A stretch of 64,000 bases of DNA from Octopus bimaculoides (lineage: Eukaryota): assembly GCF_001194135.2 (NCBI RefSeq), contig NC_068981.1, positions 146,953,276 through 147,017,275 on the forward strand. The letters are read 5' to 3'. This document shows, piece by piece, positions 50,761 through 64,000 of this stretch; position 1 is the stretch's first letter, and each line of letters opens with the position of its first letter. The position numbers were made by a program, and so were the translations under genes. The notes below the pieces were generated by a model that was not told the origin of the DNA, ran no database searches, and saw nothing but the letters and a program-made list of their open reading frames with translations.

Positions 50761-53344
50761 CTACATACAATATGAGGAAAAAACTGATTAAATACATAAT
50801 ATAATTGTCAGTTATCAGCAATTTAGGAAATACAGTTGATATATTGCCTGGTAGAAACAAAAACTAATTAGATTTTTTTTCTCATATTGTCCAATGTTAC
50901 CCAGACCAAACAATAAGTTAATAAGAGATGTCTACATTATTACTCAACATTCTAAAAATAGCAGCTAAATTTCCTCATACTACCTTAAAAAAGGGACACA
51001 TCAAATGTGGTACAAAAGCTGATACTGCAGGATAATGCACCCTTCAAAAATTTCATGTTCCCCCAAATTCACCTATGCACCCTTTCCCCTTTATGGCTTT
51101 TTTTTTATTTTTTTTTTTTACTATGTTCACTTTTCTGTCATTTTATATTTTATTCAGTGTTATGCATGCACTTTTAGCTTTCATTGCTGTCTTGCTTTGT
51201 CTTACTGCTGGCTTCTATCCCTTCTTTTACTTTCTTCCAGCAAATCGTAGTGCATCTGAATGCTAAGTTCAGTTCTGCTCAAATTATAGCTGGCCTAGAG
51301 CAAAACAACAACAACAACAACAACAACAACAGCAATTTACTAATAAGGAAATTGTATGAAATTAACTTCTTTCCCCACAAAGGCCACAAGGGAAAAAAAT
51401 GTAACCAATCATGTAATGTTTTTTAACAAAAAACAAATACATAATTACTAATGATACAGTCACCAACATTACATTTGCTAATGTCAACTTTATTAACAGG
51501 CGCAGAAATGCCTAATTACGATTTCTGGGTGTTTTCTAAAGACTAAATGTTACGAAATAATTTCTTCTAATTGATCTCAGCCATCAGCTTTGGATAATGA
51601 AGAGCTACTACACACAGAGTCTAGAATTCTGTTTGCCATCTATGTTCATTCACTGAGAGAATTGCTATGAAAAGTCAATAAATACTAGTTATCTTAGATG
51701 ACTTTCTAGCTAAGAGACTCATTAAACACAACTGTCAATGATGCTTCTTATAAATGTAACAAAGACAAATTCTAATGAAAGAAGTGGAATTTAAATTTTT
51801 ACTTAACATTTTTAAAACTATAGTTTGCGTCTTTTTTAATTTTAAATTATTTAATTAGAAGAAAAGGTTTTCTTCCATTTTCTGACCAATGGAAACAACA
51901 TAATTTCTCTATGAATACTGAAGTATTCAAATTTCTTTAGGAATGTTGGAGTATTAAAACTGTTTAGTTTCTCAGCTAAACTTTCTACCTTTCTCAAGCA
52001 GAAAACAAAGGATTATATTGTTGTTTAAAATTACTTGTTTTAATCAAAATGCCTTTCAGAATGTATTGTAAGATCTGCAGAAAGTTCCAGTCAACCAATA
52101 GCAAAGATGAAAGAATCTATCTATAATATTATGTGTACACTTAGCAATGCAAAAGTGGGAACATTTAGACTATTTGTGTCTTAGAGACCAATTGAATAGA
52201 TAGGTATGTGTAAGTGAAGACATATTCTGAAAATTGTTACCTGGGAGGAAGAAGAACCTAAGAAGATGATCTTCACAAACCACAACAAAAACAACTCATC
52301 AAGGAGGAAAGAAGATTTCTTAGTTCTGGCTGACCTTCCATGACTGTGGTACACGCACCCAGTGCACACTGTAAGGTGGTATGTGACAGGGAGAAAACCT
52401 AACTATAATAACAATGCCAAAATCACAACATATGCAACAACAAAGGTTGATGGTTCGCTCTGCTGTTAGGTGTATCAAAAAGATTGTAACCAGTGACAAG
52501 ACATTATTATCTTATTAATGCTAGCATGAAAAAAAAAAGCCAGACATATGATGATGATCAGACTGAAAAACTTATCCAGGATGAAATTTCTTCGTTGTCA
52601 TCATCATCATCATCATTATCGTTTAACATCCGCTTTCCATGCTAGCATGGGTTGGACAATTTGACTGAGGACTGGTGAACTAGGTGGCTACACCAGGCTT
52701 CAATCTGATTTGGCAGAGTTTCTACAGCTGGATGCCCTTCCTAATGCCAACCACTCCGAGAGTGTAGTGGGTGCTTTTACGTGCCAAGGCCAGTCAGGCG
52801 GTACTGGCAACGGCCATGCTCAAAATGGTGTATTTTACGTGCCACCTGCATGACAGCCAGTCCAGCAGCACTGGCAACGATCTTGCTCGAATGTTGTATA
52901 CTATACAAACCTTTCAGAGTCACACAAGCATTAAGAAGCATAGAGTTGTTAGTTGGGTGGAATTGCCTCATAATGGTCCAAGAATATTCCAGCTATTTTA
53001 CTACTCAGTATATCTTTTTTGGTTCAAAGGCACAGGTTGTATCTCTCACTGAGTACCAACTACATTCATGTCACTAGTCTCCAGACTGCAGAAGTCAGTG
53101 TCACTATTCTCATTCATTTTTTTATATACCTCTAAAGCGACTAAAATGGCCAAGGGAGACAGTGCAAAAGTAGATTTAACAAAACACTTTCTAGGAAATA
53201 AGTGTTGGTCTTATTTTGATGCACTAAATCTGGATAATATTTTTCTTTCCTTCTGTAACATAACCTATCTTCAATTAAGTGTCATTGTAAATGAAACACC
53301 ATATAAGAATAATCGTAACTAAGAAAATATCTATAGTTATATAT

Positions 53345-54103
53345 ACATGGTCTGATTATTAAGTATCTGTTACCATAGTAATGAAGCTAAAGTATGCAGA
53401 GTAAAGATGCTTGGCACAGATTGACCTTGAACTCTGTTGTGCATGCGCACTAAGTTTTAATGTTCTAGCTCACTTCTGCTGTTTACAGCAGTGTTTAGAA
53501 GGAATGTGTGTAGCATGTGATTGTTGCATTGACTATGACAGAGAAAGTTGAGCAGAGAATCTGCATCAAATTTTGCCAAATGCTTGGTGATACCTGCTCA
53601 GAGGCCGACAAAGTTTTCAAAAAGTCTTCACTGTTCTCAACACAATCAAGATCTTGTGTAACTGAAACCTGAGTGTCTTTTTGGTCAGCTGAAAGCAGTT
53701 TTGGGCACAAACTTGGCAGACACGCGTCTCATACCCAAATCTTCAGTGATAATGTTTTTCTCAATTCTGGTGGTTGTAGGTCTCCTAGAACGTTCATCAC
53801 TATCGACATTTTTTTGGCCATCTTGGAAACGTCTGAAATACTCATACACTTTCTGCAACTTTTCATAGGCTTCTGAGCAGGTATTGCCATGATAACTTTC
53901 TGTCATGGTCAATGCAATGATCATGCACTACCCATGTTCCTTCCAAGCTCTGCTGTAAACAGCAGAAGTGAGCTAGAATGTTAAAATTTAGTGCACATGT
54001 ACAGCAGAATCCAAGGTCAGTCTGTGCTAAGCAACTTCACTCTGTATGCTTTAGTTTTGTTACAATGGCAACAGTCCGGATACTTATTGATCAGACCTTG
54101 TGT
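53345..54103. mobile_element. Non-autonomous mariner derivative with two inverted 5' ends; a second partial copy in opposite orientation at about 63540-63953
   Basis: Left arm encodes MTEKVEQRICIKFCQMLGDTCSEA (+). Right part encodes ...EAYEKLQKVYEYFRRFQDG..NVDSDERSRRPTT...EDLGMRRVSAKFVPK (-). TIR-like ends catggtctgattattaagtatc / gatacttattgatcagaccttg. Confidence 0.82.
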
Positions 54104-54108
54104 GCATA

Positions 54109-54158
<50 letters not shown>

Positions 54159-57100
54159 CATGTATATAATTAAATATAGGTCAGACTATTTTTTCATGAG
54201 GAACAAAACACTGAGAAGAAATACACCTTCAATGAGTCATAAAATAGGCCAATAAACAGAAAATCCTGTGACAGTAAAATTAGGTACAAAAATAACCTCA
54301 AACAAAATGACGAGAAGTATGTCTACTTATGAATAACACAGGAGAAAAAGATAAAAATAAAAAAATAAGTGCATTCATCACGACACCTGTAGATACTAGA
54401 AACTAAATGTATTAAATGCAACAAAGAAAAGCAACTCGTTTAAAGTGAGTCAATGAAGAAGCCTCTATATGGCTGCTCAAAATTGCTAGAAAAAGCAACC
54501 AAATCTACCTCAAATCACACATGCTACTATTGTGTAAAAGATAATGTGGTCCTTGTTAACCCAAGCATAAAATGAATAAATAGATTACAAGGTGGTCATG
54601 CCTGGAGTGCTTCTGATCGCAAGTCTGCTTGGTTAGGATGTAACTGAGGTTAAGCAACATGTTTCAAGTAAAACCATATAAATAAACAAAATAGTGAGAT
54701 TTGTGAATAAGAATGCAATGTGAGTTTTAATGGTATTAATAGTATTTAAGTGTGTGTGAGAAAGAGAGAGATGACTGGAAACTTGAAATTTGAATAACTA
54801 GATATATTAAGTGCCTTGTGCAATTATCATATATTATTTACTTTTCACTTTTATTAAGCAAAGACTTCAGTTCATATGATAGGCTTTGGTGATTTGGTCC
54901 ATTGTCCAAGGTTTATATTTTATTTCATATTTATAAGTTTCCAGGCAATTAAACCATCTTATCAAATCAAAGTTATAAGGAAAATCAAATATAAAGAAAA
55001 TTAGTGTAACCACATTAGTTGTTTTCGTATGACCAATACATTCAGGTAATCCATCTCCTTAACCCTTTCAATGCCAACCCAATTGAAACCACCTCTGGTT
55101 CAATGAAATAAATTATTTTGTTTTAATGTGTTTATGATATAAATCAAAGCCTTCTGTCATAATATTATGCAAGAAACTCTTCAGATATGACCCAAACACC
55201 AGCCTAATAATGGTTTCAAATTTTGGCACAAGGCCAGCAATTTTAGGGGTGGGGGTGAGTTGATTACATTGACCCCAGTGTTCAACAGGCACTTATTTTA
55301 TCAACCCTGAAAGGATGAAAGGCAAAGCCAGCCTTGAACTCAGAATATAACGACTGACAAAATACCATTAGACATTTTGCCCGATGTGCTAATGATCCCA
55401 CTAGCTCATCACCTTCCACTAACCTAATAATGATATTTCATTAATCACTGCCAGTTCGTTTTTTTCATTTTAATTAATTGAAACACATGGATAGTTAAGT
55501 TCATTGAAAACATGTTCATGACAATGAAATTTTCTATTAAATAAAGGTGATGGGGAGACAGTAAAAAAATTTAGTTTAACCCTTTATCTTTCAGGTTGTC
55601 AAAATTGATGTTTATTGACATTGCTTTGAATTAATCATGTATTATCTTGTAGCTTCAAGATTTCAATCATGTGATTGCTTATGTGGCTGTGTGGTAAGTA
55701 GCTTGCTTACCAACCACATGGTTCCGGGTTCAGTCCCACTGCGTGGCACCTTGGGCAAGTGTCTTCTACTATAGCCTCGGGCCGACCAAAGCCTTGTGAG
55801 TGGATTTGGTAGACTGAAACTGAAAGAAGCCAGTCGTATATATATATATATATNNNNNNNNNNNNNNNNNNNNNNNNNNNNNNNNNNNNNNNNNNNNNNN
55901 NNAAGCACCCACTACACTCTCTGAGTGTTTGATGTTAGGAAGGGTATCCAGCTGTAGAAACTCTGCCAAATCAGATTGGAGCCTGGTGTTGCCATCCGGT
56001 TTCACCAGTCCTCAGTCAAATCGTCCCACCCATGCTAGCATGGAAAGCGGATGTTAAACAATGATGATGATGATGATATATGTATGTGTGTTTGTCCCCC
56101 CACCATCGCTTGACAACCAATGGTGGTGTGTTTACGTCCCCGTAACTTAGTGGTTCGGCAAAAAGAAACCTATAGAATAAGTACTAGGCTTACAAAGAAT
56201 AAGTCCTGGGGGTCGATTTTCTCGACTAAAGGCAGTGCTCCAGCATGGCTGTAGTCAAATAACTGAAACAAGTAAAAGAGTGACATTGTAGGGTAGGTGA
56301 GAAGGCTCGGATCTGACCAGTTTGAACATGGAATATTTTGGCCAGATATGGCCAGTTTAAATGCTAAAAGTTTAATTACTGAGAATCCAATACATGTTAA
56401 TAAGATCAGATATTCACCACTTCCCATAGAATTCAAGTCTACTGCATGAAGTAGTCTAGCATTTATTCCCACAGCTTTTTGAGGGTGACCTTAGGGAGCA
56501 AATATAACAGATTTGAACTAATGACCTATTAACCATTGGGAGTCACTTTGCCATCTTTCTGAAGAGCTATTTCTGTTAATGTTTCAGCAATGACTATTTC
56601 AAAAACACTTTTAAAAAGTAGGCAGAAGATACAAATATTCTCATAATAAGCTTTTTCTCACACATCCATACATGGCTTTACTTAATGCTATTCTCACCAA
56701 CAACACAACCACTTTCAAGGCTATTAAGTGGAAGTGTTCACTCATCAAATTAGTTACAAATATCACAAGTTTCTTCTGATCTTATTCAAAATTATGACTG
56801 AACATTTTCTTAAAAAAAAAAAGAAAGAAAGAAAAAGAAAATTTATGCAAATAATCAGATAAAACAAAAAGCCTCTATGTGATTTCTTAATCTGCTAGAA
56901 ATAGCAGCCAAATCTCCCTCAAATCGCATACCCTTTACCTTTTAATATGCAGATTACTCTGTCAAATGTAATGCTTATTTATATGCATCATTTTGAATTA
57001 AGCATTTTGAATGATATTATAAGACAAGCATGAGAGGCTGAATCTGACCGATTTGAACACAAAATGAGTAAAATATCTTGGCCAGATATGATTGGTCTAA

Positions 57101-60100
57101 ATGCTAAAGGGTTAATGTCTTATAAGATAAGAACATATTAGATATACATGTCTGAAATGTAAAAAAAGAAAAAACAGTCATGACTATAATGGATAAATAA
57201 ATAGCCAATATTCATAAAATGTCTCTACTTATTGTATAAAATAAACTAAACCAGTTTATTTTATATAAACCAACTGTTTAAGCTAAGATACCAACGTGAC
57301 TAGGACCAGGACTTCAGCAGAATCTTGTTAATCATAGATTTCCCAGATTCATTATAATTCCCACCAACAGGTCAAAGTAAGTACAAAAATGAAATAAATA
57401 GTATCAATCTACCAAGGCAATAGAAAATTTTTACGTGGGCTCTCAACTTTCTATTTGATTGTGTTCTATCCATTCATATTTTAGTTTGTGAAACCTACTT
57501 TTGACAGGAACAAACAAAACATTTTTCTCAATGACATCATGAAGAAGGGAATTTCTTGCTGCGTTTTCATCTGTTTAGTCTATTATTAGGAAATATTTAC
57601 TTTTCAGAAAACTTTCTTTAAAAACAGAAAAGTGTCTAATTTACAGAATGTGATAAATAACCTAAGTTTATCAGTATAAAACACATGTATTATCTGATGC
57701 CTGCTTTCTATACTTGGATGGGTTGTCATGACCCAAGTTAGCTCCCAATTCAAGTGACTATCTTCCTGAGTGGGTTGAGTGGGAAGGCATGTCTTACTTG
57801 TAGGTTTAGCTTTGGTATTGTTTCTATGACTGGAGGATATCCTAACACCAACCACTTTACAGAGCATAAACTCTGTTCCCAATGGACCATAGTCCACTGG
57901 CAACTTTTCTCCAGCATTCTTGACACCTGCTTCTCCTCAGTTAGATACATGCTACTTTTGGCTTTGCAGCTTCCTTTCAGATTTTGCTGCACCACATATA
58001 TATCTCCAACGAGAAAGCTTTCTTTTCTTAAGTCTTGTTGGTTCTGAATTGTCGTCACTGCTTCTGTAACTTTGCTTTTTTTTCTAGGTAGGGGTGCTGA
58101 CCCTACTCAAACCCATTTTTACTTCTGGGAAGAGGTCGTCCATATAAGTCTGATTTCTATCTTTTGATTTGTCCAGCATGGGAGGCCCTGTCAAGAGCTT
58201 GCACTCAACCAAGATGGCTCTCAGGATAATTTGAGATACCAGCACAAAAGAGACTGATAGGTCTTCAACAACACAAGACTAAAGGGCCCTCTCACCCCTA
58301 CATTATCTCTGCTCATTTATCAACCAACTTACAAAGTACACAGACTGAATTTTACCTTGACACCAGTACAAGTGAGGTTGCCTTGTTGTACTCAGCTACT
58401 CTGTTTATTCGGGCAACAAGACTATCAGTAAAGAGGGCAATCGCAGAAAATGAACTAAGGTGCCTGGGAGAAAGAAGTGAAAATATAAAGGAAGAAACAG
58501 AACTATTTGATTACTTTTTTTTTTTTGTATGTTAAGTACAACAGTTTCTCAAAATTCATTGATAAAAGAAGTAGTGGCATTCCACTAGTGTTTGCATTAT
58601 CTGCAGTGAAGGAGCTCCCCCCAAATGTCATTCTTCTTTCTCACAACAGCAATTCATTGAGGTAATGTTATCCATTTCCCACTGCACACATATTTCTTAG
58701 AATTTTTTTAAAGCTTTCTACATTAAATATCTTTAACACTAGTTTTATTTATACAACATTGTGAACATTTTCCACTTACTATTTACAAACCACACCATCA
58801 GTAGTTTCCTTACTTCTAATGATTTACTTTACTGTTTATAATATCTTGGTTACTTCAACAAATGTCTATTGTTTTAGTTTGTTTGCATCATTCATCTATG
58901 AAATAGAATTACACCCATTGATAAAATACTGACACATTTGTTATTTTTTCCACTTTTTTTCTTTTTATCAGTTAGTCAGAGACAGGGTAGCCTCCTTCTC
59001 CAAGCTGGTAGGAGACAAGAGGCCGGTATCACAACTAATGAGTTGCTGCAGTAAAGAAACAACATATCAAAATATTCAGTTATCCTCAGACTTGTTTCCT
59101 TGTTAGAATGTTTGCAACAATGCTAAAAGTATCTAAGTGTTAGATGATAGTATTAAACCAAAAGAGCAGATTAAATCTACCAGACAAGAACAGCTACAGT
59201 TTACCTTCCATACAGTTTCTGCCTATCTAACTCCACTTATAAGGCAAAATTTGACTTGAGGCTATAGTAGAAGCTTTCCCATAGTGATCATCAATCAAAC
59301 TAAACCTAGAACAGTGTATCTGTAAAATAAACTTAACCACATGTCTGTGCTTTGTAAATAGTAGTCAAATCTCCATCAAACCAAACCAACAGTCTTGAAA
59401 AGAAAAAAGATGAGTCAGTTATAACTAGTGCTGGTCCTCAGCTAAACAACATCTCTCAAATCACAGAGTAGTGTCCTAAGAAAAGGGAAGGACATAATGT
59501 AGTCCTTGAGAATGGGGTATGCAAAAACATATAGGGTGGACATTTTATATACATGTATTTGCTGTAGTTGAAAGTATGTTACATGTAAAGAAATGGGTGG
59601 CCAAAACCCCCGCTATGCCACTGCCTTAATGCACTATGACTGAAAAAAAAATCCAAGGAATAAACAAAAAGAAGCATCAGTTTACAAAAAAGAAACAGTA
59701 AGTTGAATGAATACTACTTGTAACTTGCAGATAAGTTGCACCAAAATTACAAACCAACAACTTTAACTACTTGAGATTTAATACAGAATGTCATCATCTT
59801 CCTTATCCTATGATGGTGATGTTTTATGTTTCCCATCACTAGAATTATATGAGTCAGTAGAGCATTACTTACATATTTACCCAATAAATAAATCTTCACT
59901 GGTTATTCCAGTAAAATATCTAGTAGGTAGAAAGTTCACAACTTAGCTCTTGCAATATTCAGTTTGAACCAGTTTCTCTTATATTGCTAATATCCTTGAG
60001 AAGGTACGAAAGTTAAAACAGGCTAATTTCCTCTTTCCTGAAATCTAAAGTTTCGTATGTAAACAATTTTTTTTCCTTTTTTTAAAATTAATTTCATATA

Positions 60101-60111
60101 ATAGTATAGAG

Positions 60112-60170
<59 letters not shown>

Positions 60171-63100
60171 TTAACTACTAACTTCTTTAGCTTGTTCTGG
60201 CAGCAGTATTCTTCATGTTTTTAATAACTAAAATATTTTGATATCACTTACCAACTGCATAGTTTATCTAATGACAGTTTTGTAAGGTAAATGATATTCA
60301 GTTCCAATTAAGAAACGAATAGTACACCACAGACACCATTATAATTTACATGGAAGTTTCTAAGTAGCTGTTCAACTGGCTAGAAACAGCAGTCAGAATC
60401 TTATGAGTTGTAAGGCAGCAAGCTGGTAGAATCATTAGCACCCCAGGCTAAATGCTTAGTGGCATTTTGTCAAACTTTATATTCTGAGTTCAAACTCCAC
60501 CAAGGCCAACTTTACCTTTTATCCTTTCGAGGTTGATAAAATAAGTACTAGTTAAACATTGGGGTCAGTGTAACTGACTTATTGCCTCCCCCGAATTTGA
60601 AACCAATATCGTCAGAGCTGCCATTTAATTCTTAGTCAATCCTAATCCAGTCAACCTTTCCAGCTGTAACTGTTGTCCATTTTTGTCCAGTGTATTCTGC
60701 TTTACTTAAAATGCTATGGTGTAATTTAAAGGAGATTTGGCTGCTGTTTCTAAATCTAGCACTCACATAGAGATTCAGTCATTGGCTTTAGGGTCTCTTT
60801 TTTGAAAATAATCAGCAACATGAAGTGAAAATGGAAAAAATTTGATGAATCACACAGTATCTATGCCAATGGTTTGTGCCTTGCTTGTACTGCATGACAC
60901 AAGCTAAATCTAGAACAGCTGTAGTAACAAGCTAAGCTAGGTGAGGGAGACAAATGACAACATAGTTTCTTTTGACATATTTCCTATAAGGCTGGGACAA
61001 TCCCTAAAACTACATCCAACTACAAATTTCACTTCCATTATCAATTTAAAAAACAAGCCTGATAATTATACACTTACCCACCAACCAACTAACCAATTTT
61101 CTCTCTCTCTCACACACACACACATTTGTGGTTTCCTCCCTACTACAAAGTTTGAAATTAAATAATATGAAATCAAATTGGCTTATTTTATAGCGTGCGT
61201 TGATGATGTTAAATTGGTTTCTAAAAGTAAGCACATTTGAGAACAGCCAGTTTGTGACCCTCTTCTGAGGTCTATAGCACAAAATTTAATTTTAAAAAGT
61301 ATCCAGTTTTAAAGTGAAACCTAACTTCATAAATATTCCAGATACCAACTTAAGGAAAAAGTTAGGCTTTCTATCACATGGTTTCAAGTTCAGTCCCACT
61401 GCACAGCAACTTAGGCAAAGTGTCTTCTACTACAGCCCTGGGCTGACCAAAGCCTTGTAAATGGATTTGGTAAATGGAAATAGGAGAAGCTTGCATATGT
61501 GTGTGTATGTGCACGCATGCATTTGTGTATATGCATCTGTGTTTGTCTCCCTGCCACTGCTTGACAACCAGTCTTGGTTTGTTTATGGCCTCATAGTTTA
61601 GTGGTTCAGCAAAAGAGACCAGTAGAACAAGTGCCAAACTTTAAAAAAAAAAGTACTGAAGCCAATTTGTTCAACTGAAACCCTTCAAGGCAAATACCCC
61701 AGTATGGCCACAGTCCAATGAGTGAAACAAGTTGAAGATAAAAAGATTATTCTGAATTCTTGATTATCTTCTCAATTATTTAAATACATTAGAAATCATC
61801 ATCTTTTAATGTCCACTTTTCTATGCCTGTATGGGTCAGATGAAATTTGTTGAGGCATCTTTTCTGCAGCCAGATGCCCTACCTGTCACCAACCCTCACT
61901 TGTTCCCAAGCAAAGTAATATTCCACCAAGGAAGACAGGAAATGAACCACATCACATGTACGATAGTGATGCTCATTTACAATCACCATATGATGTCGGG
62001 GCAAGGGCACACACACACATATAAAAAAGCATCCAGTCTACACTGTAAAGTAATGGCATCCAACCTTAAAAACCATGTGCTAGTGCCACATAAAAAGCAC
62101 CTAGTCCACTCTGCAGAGTGGTTGGTGTTAGGAAGGACACCCAACCTTCAAAAACCCTGCCAAAACAGACACAGTAGCATAGGGTAGTTTTTCAACCTGG
62201 CCAGTTCCTATATACTGTCCTACCCATGCATGCATGGAAGATGGATGTTAAATGATGATAATACACACACCAGGCTTCAAGTTTCCATTTACCAAGGCTT
62301 AAGTTGGCCCAGAGTTATAATAGTAAAAGACAGGTGTTCAAGGTGTTGTACAGTAGGACTGAACCCAAGACCACATGGTTGGGAAGCAAACTTCTTAACC
62401 ACACAGCCACACTTGTGCCTATATATGGTCAAAAAATAAGTTCAAAAAATTCAATGGAAGACATTATTAGTTCAACTCATGCCAGCATAGAAAATAGACA
62501 TTAAATGATGAGGAGGAGGCTACAGCCAACAAGTGAATACAGGTGTTTTCTATGGGCTCAGAACCATTTTAAAAAAATTTCTAATTTTAAACTATTTCTG
62601 GGGCATTGAGCAGCTGGTGGCTTTTGGGTAGCTTTTTGTGTCAATATTTGTTTAATTTTTGCTCACATATAAGCATTGCCAGTGATGGAAATGAGCGGGA
62701 TAGAAAGGGATATGTTTATATATGATCTAATCTAATACAGATGTAGGTTATGGGTAATAACATAAAAAAAGGCATGGACATTACAAAAAAAAAAAAGTTG
62801 CTACCCCTGCTCTAAAGCTTATAATTTCTTCTTCAATTTCAACAATATAGATTTGTTAAGACCAGTCAATATATTCAGCATCACTACTAAGAAGCAGGCA
62901 TGTGTGTGTGTGTGTGTGTGTATAGTGAGGGTGCATGGCCTAGTGGTTTCAGTTCCTAGGCTGGGAGGTGCATAGTCTTCTTGAGCAAAACACTTCATCT
63001 TACAGTGCTCTGCAATCACTTCGACACCTGATGCATGGTACACATTGCACCTGTTCAGATAAGGTTGATTTGATGGAGTGATGAAGGGAGTGACCTAGTG

Positions 63101-64000
63101 TGCAGCACAAACATTTGATCATCATCATCATTTAACGTCCATTGTCCATGCTGGCATGGGTTGGGTGGTTTGACCAGAGCTGGCAAGCTGAAAGGCTACA
63201 CCAGACTCCAGACTGATTTGGCATGGTTTCTACAGCTGGATGCCTTTCCTAATGCCAACCAATTGGTGAGTGTAATGGGTGCTTTTACATGCTACCAGCA
63301 CAGGTGCTGTTTGCATGACACTAGTATCTGCCATGACTGTGATTTTACTTGGCTTGTTAGCTCTTCTCAAGCATGGCATAATGCCAAAGATCTTGGTCAT
63401 TTGTCATTACCTCCGTGAGGCCCAACACTCAAAGGGTGCTTTATACAAGCTACCACTATAGGGCCACCTTGCCTCTGTGAGGACCCAATGCTTGAAAGGT
63501 GCTTTTTATGCACCAGTTACGTGACATCGTTATAAACAAATCATTTGTGCAGGTCATTTAGCAAGATTTGGGTATGAGACGCATGTCTGCCAAGTTTGTG
63601 CCAAAACTGCTTTCAGCTGACCAAAAAGGTACTCAGGTTTCAGTTACACAAGATCTCCTTGATTGTGTTGAGCACAATGAAAACTTTTTGAAAACTTTGC
63701 GTAGGCCTCTGAGCAGGTACTGTCAAGCTTTTGGCAAAATTTGATGCAAATTCTCTGATGAACTTTCTCTGTCATGGTCAATGCAATGATCACACTCTAC
63801 ACACGTTCCTTCTCTGCAGAAGTGAACTAAAATGTTAAAACTTAGTGCGCATGCATAGCAGAGTCCAAGGTCAATCTGTACCAAGTGGCTTAACTCTGTG
63901 TGCTTTAACTTCCTTACCACAACAGCCCAGATATTTATGAATCAGACCACGTATATATATATATATATGTTTGTGTGTGTGTGTATATATATATATATAT

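Noticed and set aside
57604-58058. Three overlapping ~100-aa ORFs
   Set aside because: Probably a decayed LINE fragment; no intact motif, so no call could be supported.

Overview
AT-rich, repeat-dense animal genomic DNA with several N gaps. The tRNA-derived SINEs, RTE LINE 3' ends and (TA)n/(TTA)n microsatellites look like those of Octopus (my inference from recall of the repeats). Two spliced genes can be rebuilt by hand, arranged tail to tail. (1) On +, the last three exons of peroxisomal trans-2-enoyl-CoA reductase (PECR): 1259-1363, 7110-7221 and 9461-9540, ending in the PTS1 signal SKL. (2) On -, a gene with 8 visible exons (37485 down to 15388). It encodes an N-terminal MGxxxS motif, a TIR domain that keeps the NADase-type catalytic Glu (SKFCKDEL), an EF-hand-like middle region and C-terminal HEAT repeats. 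One TIR exon is not visible and may lie in the N gap at 27339-28197. Introns and flanks carry minimal hammerhead-ribozyme motifs of the Penelope-like-element type, several long fold-back inverted repeats (possible dsRNA/ADAR substrates), and Tigger, mariner, rosa-like, hAT and piggyBac-like relics. No gene could be assembled with confidence in 38.3-64 kb; only isolated candidate exons were seen. Almost all ORFs in the supplied track are microsatellite, gap or repeat artefacts.
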